Positions 48,049-54,630 of a DNA stretch of 64,000 nucleotides are shown one piece after another. The first letter of the stretch is position 1. Every line of letters starts with the position of its first letter. Location: positions 16,430-80,429 of IMG/VR virus record IMGVR_UViG_3300020198_000009; one strand, written 5' to 3'. Source of the DNA: a virus. The notes beneath the pieces were generated by a model. The model was not told the origin of the DNA. It worked only from the letters and a program-made list of their open reading frames with translations, and did not search any database. A program made the translations under genes and the position numbers.

Positions 48049-48861
48049 CTAGCGCCCTACGTGGGTGACCCAGTCATCGCTGGTTGCAGGCCGGTCATGC
48101 CGCTTGAACGTCAGGCGATCGGACGGAACATGCTTGAGGGCGACCTCGGGCTCAAAGGTGCCGCCGGAGTATGCGATCCCCCCGAAATCACGCAGCTCGC
48201 GACCCGTTAGACGTGTCGAAACAACCAGGCCCGTGGAATCCTGGTCATGGGCGGTACGTCGGGCGTACCGCTCGGCTCGCTCGCGCGACGGTGTCATGAA
48301 GACCCGATCACTGGCCTCGCGATCCCATGTGGCCTGGTTTATAGGGGTCGAGGTATTAGCCCGCTCCCGAACGCCCGGTGCCGTGAGCCCGTCACGGGCG
48401 ATGCTCTCGCGATTCTTCAATGCCGTGCCGTGGTACAAGGTTATGGGTTTATCTAGGACCCGCGGGGCGATCAAGAGGGGTCCATGATTCCGCTCGCGTG
48501 GCGTGCCCGGGAAAGCACCAGCCGTCCCCCAGATGCCATCCGAGACCTTGTGGTACTGCTTCGCCCGCGCTACCGTCGGCAGGTACCTCGGGGTATTCCA
48601 ATCACGCAGGTCGCTGCGGATGCCCTTGACGAAAGCGGGTTGCTGTTCGACGCGAGAGCGAATCTGTGAGGCTCGCTGTGCGATACTGAATGGCTTCACC
48701 TCGCGCCCGGAGAATCTGGCGAAGTAGTCGATCTTGTCGACGACCTTATTGGGTCCAGTCATGGCGTCATACATGGCTACCAGGGATTCATCTCCGAGAT
48801 GGGGGACCATCTTCTCCCACGCTCCAGCAACCTTGCTCATGTAGAAATCGTAAGGCGTCAT
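48049..48861 (-). CDS. MTPY-leader protein with an ADP-ribosyltransferase-like domain
   Basis: MTPYDFYMSKVA; LYHGT...SIARDGL...VFMT...AERYA...EPEV; opposite strand and lower GC than its neighbours. Confidence 0.65.
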   Translation of the reverse strand: MTPYDFYMSKVAGAWEKMVPHLGDESLVAMYDAMTGPNKVVDKIDYFARFSGREVKPFSIAQRASQIRSRVEQQPAFVKGIRSDLRDWNTPRYLPTVARAKQYHKVSDGIWGTAGAFPGTPRERNHGPLLIAPRVLDKPITLYHGTALKNRESIARDGLTAPGVRERANTSTPINQATWDREASDRVFMTPSRERAERYARRTAHDQDSTGLVVSTRLTGRELRDFGGIAYSGGTFEPEVALKHVPSDRLTFKRHDRPATSDDWVTHVGR

Positions 48862-48975
48862 ACCTCTATATTATGTGCGAAGCATCGTCCCGGGCACCGC
48901 AGAGGACGGTAATCGCCGAGGGCGAAGGGCGTCCGAGGATCGCCGCCCGCAGGCGGCAGCCGAGGAGTCGTCCTT

Positions 48976-48994
48976 TACAATCATGGTAGGACCA
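48976..48994 (+). promoter_or_regulatory. -10 box TACAAT followed by TGGTAGGACCA
   Basis: TACAAT at 48976-48981; palindrome at 48984-48994. Confidence 0.55.
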
Positions 48995-49008
48995 TCAGGA
49001 GCGCGCGC

Positions 49009-49260
49009 ATGCCCAAACCCCACGCCGATCAGTACAACCTCTTCGGAGGCGTCGGTGCCGTAACCGAGACCCAGGTGGCCGTAGCCGCGGGCACGACCCT
49101 GGTCGACTGTTACCTCAAGTGCGACTGCGGCCGTTGCTCGGAACAGCTGCGCCTCCCCGAGACAATCATGGGCAATCGCCCACAGGCCCTGCTCCATGCC
49201 CAGCGCCAGACCGGCTGGACCGACGTCTGCCCCGGCTGCCAGAAGAAGAAGGCGACATGA
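49009..49260 (+). CDS. Small zinc-binding protein
   Basis: CDCGRC...CPGC; AGGAG SD. Confidence 0.55.
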   Translation: MPKPHADQYNLFGGVGAVTETQVAVAAGTTLVDCYLKCDCGRCSEQLRLPETIMGNRPQALLHAQRQTGWTDVCPGCQKKKAT

Positions 49261-51302
49261 CCGACAAGCGCGCCGGCCTGGAGCAGCTGCTGCCCGCATT
49301 GCGCGGCCGCAGCAAGACCGTCGGGCGCCTGGCCAGGCAGCTGGAGAACCGGCCAGACGTGGTTTCCGCCGTCGATCGCTTCATCCGCAAGCAACTGAGG
49401 GGTGAGATCGATTCACAGCGCATCCTGGGGGCCGGATCGGGCGGCGTGGCGGTCCCTATCGATCTGCCATGGGGCCGCAAGGGCGTCGCCAAGCTCTCGC
49501 CGCTTGTCGATCCCGCCTCGGTGCCCGGCGGTAAATTGCCGGCCTTCATGGCCCAACCCATCGAGCCCTCGAAATACCGGGGCATCGACAAGTACGTCCT
49601 CAAGCCACTCAAGCCCGCACAGCGCTACGACCTGGGCGATGGCCGCATGTTGCACGTCCACGCCATGCCCATGGTGGACACCAAGAAGATCGAGCAGATG
49701 TCGGATGCCGAGTTGGCCAGACACGGGCGACGCATCGCGCTCGGCCTGCGGCGTCACGGGATCTTCGCGGCCGACATCAAGCGCGAGAATTTCGGTTACG
49801 ACCCCCGCTGGTTCGTCCCGCCCTGGCAGCGCGTCAAGCTCATCGATCTCGGTCAGACCTTCGAGACGCCCCGGGGGCTCAAGCGACTCGACGACGACGA
49901 CTTCGTGGCCATGGGTATGCGCGATCCACTGCGGCACCAGCTTCCCGCCGCACCGCATCTGTGGCCCAACCCCTGGTACCACCAGGCGCGCTGGCGACCG
50001 GTCGGCTCCAAGCAGGCCTCGCTGGGGACCGAACTGTCGCTTCGCGGGCGCCACCTACTCGGCCTGGGGCGCAATCATCCCGTCGTCTCCCGCCTGGATC
50101 GCGAGCTGGCCAGGGTGCTCGGAGTCGAAGCGGGCCACCAGATCGGCGCGGGCAGTCAGGGTGTGGTGCATCAGCTGAAAGGCCGACGGCCTCCCTGGGG
50201 GTTCGATCCCCGCAAGCACGTCCTCAAGGTCCAGAACATCCAGCCCGATCAGCCGGCCCTGCTGCTGGGGCTCAAGCCGAAGGATCACTGGTGGGGCAAG
50301 GTCCCTCATCAGCCTAACTTACTCGATGACCGGGCGGTGGCCGTTCCGATCAAACGCATCGCCCTGGAGACTCCGTCGATGTACGGCTTCTTCGGTCGCG
50401 AGGGCACGCTCGTCGCCGACGTCATGCCCAAGGCCGATCCGACCCGGTTCGCCCGGTTGTCCCCCGAGAAGAAGATTCGCGTCGGCGAGCGCCTGGCGCG
50501 GCGACTGGTCGATCGCGGTCTGTACCACGAGGACCTCAAGCCGGATAACATCCTGGCCTTCGGGAAGCACTACCGCATCTCGGATCTGGGCGGACTGCGA
50601 CCCATGACGGCCCAGGAGCGCGCGCTGCCCAAGGACGAGATGGTCAGACGCCTGCTCGATCGCCAGGACTTCATCGGTCGGGCCACGATTGGCCGCGACA
50701 CCGATCCGCTGGATCTGGCCTTGCGCGACAAGCGCATCCAGCTCGGGGTCATGTCGGCCGCCGGCCTGGGAGCCGCGGGCCTGACCGGGGCGGCCATTCT
50801 CTCGGGCAGCGAGGGCGCTCGTCATCATGTCGGTAGAGCCATCTCGGAGTTCCCCGCAGCCGATCGGGCCCTGGGAGTGCAACTCGAAAGATTGAAAGGA
50901 GAAGAGCCCATGAAAGCCGCATCCGCCGAGCAGGTCGTCGCCCTGGCCAAGGCCGCCATGACCGAGGCCGAGGCCGCCAAGATCCTCGCCCATCCCTACA
51001 TGGTCCACCCTATCGCACAGGGGCTGTCGGAATTCCTACCGTTCGTAGGTCCGCCGACCCGATGGATCGCCAGGGCATCTGCGGCAAGTCAGCATGCCGA
51101 AGCCAAGAGGATAATAGAAGCAGCCACCAAGCGAAATCTGGCTTTGGCTGCCGTTGGTGGAACAGCCCTGGGGGCTGGCGGGATGGCGGCAGCCGATGCG
51201 TACGGAGCCGGCAAGCAAGCTGCGCTGGCCGAGCAGTACCAGCTGGGCTTCCAGTTCGCCCAGCAGATCAAGGCCGCCGGACTCGCGCCGCTGATCGACT
51301 AG
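49257..51302 (+). CDS. Tandem protein-kinase-like polyprotein
   Basis: Domain 1 LGAGSGG/VAK/DIKREN/IDLG; KQA at 50010; domain 2 IGAGSQG/VLK/HEDLKPDN/SDLG; hydrophobic helix; begins MTDKRA. Confidence 0.75.
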   Translation: MTDKRAGLEQLLPALRGRSKTVGRLARQLENRPDVVSAVDRFIRKQLRGEIDSQRILGAGSGGVAVPIDLPWGRKGVAKLSPLVDPASVPGGKLPAFMAQPIEPSKYRGIDKYVLKPLKPAQRYDLGDGRMLHVHAMPMVDTKKIEQMSDAELARHGRRIALGLRRHGIFAADIKRENFGYDPRWFVPPWQRVKLIDLGQTFETPRGLKRLDDDDFVAMGMRDPLRHQLPAAPHLWPNPWYHQARWRPVGSKQASLGTELSLRGRHLLGLGRNHPVVSRLDRELARVLGVEAGHQIGAGSQGVVHQLKGRRPPWGFDPRKHVLKVQNIQPDQPALLLGLKPKDHWWGKVPHQPNLLDDRAVAVPIKRIALETPSMYGFFGREGTLVADVMPKADPTRFARLSPEKKIRVGERLARRLVDRGLYHEDLKPDNILAFGKHYRISDLGGLRPMTAQERALPKDEMVRRLLDRQDFIGRATIGRDTDPLDLALRDKRIQLGVMSAAGLGAAGLTGAAILSGSEGARHHVGRAISEFPAADRALGVQLERLKGEEPMKAASAEQVVALAKAAMTEAEAAKILAHPYMVHPIAQGLSEFLPFVGPPTRWIARASAASQHAEAKRIIEAATKRNLALAAVGGTALGAGGMAAADAYGAGKQAALAEQYQLGFQFAQQIKAAGLAPLID

Positions 51303-51303
51303 C

Positions 51304-52374
51304 ATGTACCACAAGACCGCCTCCTGGTTCGACGACGCCCTGCGCACGGTCGGCCACGGTCTCGGCCGCATCCAGGGCCATGGCCAGCAGGCGGCCCAGG
51401 CGGCGTCGAATGCGGCCCATTCAGCCGGGGAAGCCGTGGCCAGCGCTGCCCAGGCCTCCCGCGAAATCCCCGGACATGCCACCGAGGCCATGCGGGCGGC
51501 CGGCCAGGGCCTACGCATCGGTCTGCCGATCGCCGGGGCGGGTCTCGGGGCCCTCGCCATGGCCAAGGCGTACCGGACCTTGCGGCCCTCCGCCCTGCGA
51601 TTGGCGCCCGTCGAGCTCAAGCCGCTGCACCATACGGTCGATCTCAACACCCTCGGAGCGGTTGGCCTGGCCGGTGCCGGTCTGGGCGCAGCCAGCTCGA
51701 CCCGCAAGCAAGCGCATCAAGGAGCCTCCATGACCCCCTACGACCTGTACCTGTCCATGACCAAGGACGCCGGCCATATCAAGGAGGCCGTCTTCTTCGT
51801 CGGGAGCGCCAGGCGCCTCTTGAAGCGCTACGGCTTCGAGGGATCGCTCTCGGACGCCGAGCTCGCCCATGCCAAGGCGACCCTGGCACCCGGGCACTTC
51901 AATACCGTCCGGGAAGCCCATGATGTCGTGGCGCGCCACGAGGCCTGGGAACTCGCCCGGAAGCAGCCCCTGGGCGAACAGCTGGGGGCCGGCTGGCACA
52001 GCCTGTTCAACCCCATGCCCGCTCCCAGCGAGCTGGCCCTGCAACGTCACGCCCTGGCCGGGGAGAGCCTCAAGGCACGCACCGCCGAGCAGATGACCAA
52101 GCTCCGGGATCTCAACGTGGCCCTCAAGGAGAAGGCCCTGGCCGTGCCACACCTCGGAGAGACGATTGCCCGCCATCCGGGCCTGGTCGGCGGGGCCGCC
52201 GCAGGGGCACTGGGGCTCGCCGCCCTGGGCGGAGCCGCGCTGGCCCGGCACAAGGAGGCCACCCTGGCCGAGATGTACGAGCTGGGCCGGGCGTTCGCCA
52301 AGGACGCCTCACTGGGCGGAATGCTGCCGGGCCTGGCGCGCGGTGTCAGCCGGATAGGGGGGGGCGTTAGGTAG
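51304..52374 (+). CDS. K-x-A polyprotein with an internal MTPY leader (second start at 51730)
   Basis: MYHKTASW start; internal AAGGAG + ATG MTPYDLYLSMTKDA. Confidence 0.6.
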   Translation: MYHKTASWFDDALRTVGHGLGRIQGHGQQAAQAASNAAHSAGEAVASAAQASREIPGHATEAMRAAGQGLRIGLPIAGAGLGALAMAKAYRTLRPSALRLAPVELKPLHHTVDLNTLGAVGLAGAGLGAASSTRKQAHQGASMTPYDLYLSMTKDAGHIKEAVFFVGSARRLLKRYGFEGSLSDAELAHAKATLAPGHFNTVREAHDVVARHEAWELARKQPLGEQLGAGWHSLFNPMPAPSELALQRHALAGESLKARTAEQMTKLRDLNVALKEKALAVPHLGETIARHPGLVGGAAAGALGLAALGGAALARHKEATLAEMYELGRAFAKDASLGGMLPGLARGVSRIGGGVR

Positions 52375-52378
52375 CGCC

Positions 52379-52756
52379 ATGGGCCCCAACCCGAACCTCG
52401 CGCGCCTCGCGACCAATGCCCCGAGATTGGGCGTCAACCCGCAGAGCGCCATCGCGACCGCCGCTCAAGGCATGGTGCCCCAGCTCAAGCACCCCGCCTA
52501 CCGGCTGGGCCAGTACATCGCCAAGAACCATCCAGCCGACGCGGCCTGGATGCGGGGCCTGCCTGGGATCAAGCAGGGCGCGTTCAAACCGCCGGTCCCG
52601 TTGCCCATGCCGACCCCAACTCCCGGGCCGTTCGCACGAGTCGTGCAATCATTCAACGTTCCCCGTGCGACCATGCCGACCCCAACTCCCGCGCCCTCGC
52701 CGGGCCTATCCGGTCCCGCAGAAAGCGTGAGTATTCCCCGGATACCTTCGCCGTAG
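52379..52756 (+). CDS. Pro-rich hypothetical protein
   Basis: MPTPTP repeated twice; fills the gap. Confidence 0.45.
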   Translation: MGPNPNLARLATNAPRLGVNPQSAIATAAQGMVPQLKHPAYRLGQYIAKNHPADAAWMRGLPGIKQGAFKPPVPLPMPTPTPGPFARVVQSFNVPRATMPTPTPAPSPGLSGPAESVSIPRIPSP

Positions 52757-52758
52757 CC

Positions 52759-52980
52759 ATGTTCGACTCCGACATGGAGCGCCACCTCTCTGGCTGGCCG
52801 GCCTGGGAGGAAGAAGCCGAGCGCGACGAGTCGTTGCTCGATGCGGCCATCCATCTCGGGGGCGATCGGCTGGTGCGCTTCAACGGTGAGGGGTACTACC
52901 CGGTGGAGTTCGTTGGGGGCGACAAGAACTATGCGGTGTTGCGGGTACCGCGACGGGCGATTATGGGGCTGCATGTGTGA
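52759..52980 (+). CDS. Small hypothetical protein
   Basis: Coupled to its neighbours. Confidence 0.45.
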   Translation: MFDSDMERHLSGWPAWEEEAERDESLLDAAIHLGGDRLVRFNGEGYYPVEFVGGDKNYAVLRVPRRAIMGLHV

Positions 52981-53453
52981 TGACGCCCTACCGGATGTAT
53001 ATGCAAAAGGTGGCCATCGACCAGCGCTTGGCCACTCGGATTGCTGGGGCGTTGAACCGCGAGATCGGCCATTTAGCGGCAAGGGACGTCAAGCCACACC
53101 AATTGAGCGGGTGGAGAAGGATCCTGTTCACGCTGGACGGACAGGCATGGCGCAATCCCAAAAAGCTGCCGCGCTCGTCCGTCTGGACACCACACCTGGC
53201 CATGACCAAGAAACCGGAAAAACTGCTCGCCCTGGCACGACATGGCCGACGCGCCGGACACAGCGAGGTCGGCAACAGCCCGATTTACGAGCGGGTCGTG
53301 CGACAGCGTGATCTCGAACGCGCTCACCTCGGAGTGCTCAAATTGCTCCCGAGCGGACGCGGCTTTTTGCCCTTGCGCCCGGAATCGGATTTTCGCGCCG
53401 CCCGAGCACTACAGGATTTCGGCATCCGCGTTACGGCCAACACTTATACGTAA
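52980..53453 (+). CDS. MTPY-leader basic protein
   Basis: MTPYRMYMQKVA; TGATG coupling. Confidence 0.6.
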   Translation: MTPYRMYMQKVAIDQRLATRIAGALNREIGHLAARDVKPHQLSGWRRILFTLDGQAWRNPKKLPRSSVWTPHLAMTKKPEKLLALARHGRRAGHSEVGNSPIYERVVRQRDLERAHLGVLKLLPSGRGFLPLRPESDFRAARALQDFGIRVTANTYT

Positions 53454-53469
53454 GGACAGGCATCGAAAC

Positions 53470-54627
53470 ATGAACCCCTATGCACTCTATATGTCCCTGG
53501 TTAAGGAGGCCGCGGCCTTCACGCGCCTGGATGCCGCAGCCTTCGCCAAGCAATTCGGCCATCTGGACGCCGAGAGCCTTGCGCACGAACTGAGCAAGCT
53601 GGGCGATCGGCACGGCGCCAGGAGCGTCCAGTTCGGCTTCCATCCGGATATGCTCAATCAACAGCCCATCCCCCCGCACCATCGCGCCAAGCTGGACCAA
53701 GCCTACAAGACCTGGCAGGGCCAGCAGCCGGGCGCCCCGAACCAGGGAGCGGCAGCTGGCGGGGCGGGTGGCGGAGCCAAGAAGCCACCCGGAGGATCGT
53801 CGTCGGCCGGCAGCGGGGGCTTCCACTACGGCGGGGGAGGCTTTCACTACGGCGGTAGCAAGATCTGGGAAGAATACGACGACATCTGGCGCCAGCACCA
53901 GGCACGGCGGGCGGCGTCCGAGGCGGAAATCCAGCGCGTGCGGCTCATGCTCAACCTCGGCGCCCTGGGGACAGGACTCGCCGCCAGTCTGACTCTCGGC
54001 GCCCTGGAGGCTCGCGACGCCGCCAAGGCGCTGGCGGCACGCCGCAAAGCACTTCGCAATATCGGCCTGGGTGTTGGCGCTACGGCCGCGGCCGGCCTTG
54101 GAGCGCTCGGCATCGCCCATGCCCTGCATCGCCCGACCGAGAAAGCCGCCGCGGGATCGCTCTCGGGCTGGTTGCAGAACCTGGGAACCGCTCGCGCCCT
54201 AGGACGTCTGGCCAGACGCCAGCGTCAGACCGCCAAGAGCATGGGGCAGATCCTCGGGCAGCGCAGGAACCTGCAAGACATCCAGGAGATCAACAAGGGC
54301 CTGGACGAACTCGGCGCCAACCTGGGGACTCTGGCCAAACGGCCCATCGACCTCCCTCGAATCCCCGAGGAGTTCGCGCGCGCCCTTCCCCCGATGCGCA
54401 TCCAGCCCAAGGCCGTCCCGCCCAGGGAAAGCCTGGTTGATCCGAGACTCCTGGGCGGTGGCCCCCGTGGCGATACGGCCGCCCAGGCCCTGGCACACGG
54501 GCAGCGGTGGGGAGTCCCGGGAGCCAGGCCGCGAACCATCGGCAATCAGACCTTCCATACCCCGCTCCCGATAGCCCCTCCTGCCAGCATCGCCGGACTC
54601 CCGCCCAAGTTCGGCCGCCTGGCGTAA
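53470..54627 (+). CDS. MNPY-leader polyprotein with Gly-rich linker and hydrophobic helices
   Basis: MNPYALYMSLVKEAA; GGFHYG x2; internal EKAAAG. Confidence 0.6.
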   Translation: MNPYALYMSLVKEAAAFTRLDAAAFAKQFGHLDAESLAHELSKLGDRHGARSVQFGFHPDMLNQQPIPPHHRAKLDQAYKTWQGQQPGAPNQGAAAGGAGGGAKKPPGGSSSAGSGGFHYGGGGFHYGGSKIWEEYDDIWRQHQARRAASEAEIQRVRLMLNLGALGTGLAASLTLGALEARDAAKALAARRKALRNIGLGVGATAAAGLGALGIAHALHRPTEKAAAGSLSGWLQNLGTARALGRLARRQRQTAKSMGQILGQRRNLQDIQEINKGLDELGANLGTLAKRPIDLPRIPEEFARALPPMRIQPKAVPPRESLVDPRLLGGGPRGDTAAQALAHGQRWGVPGARPRTIGNQTFHTPLPIAPPASIAGLPPKFGRLA

Positions 54628-54630
54628 CCC

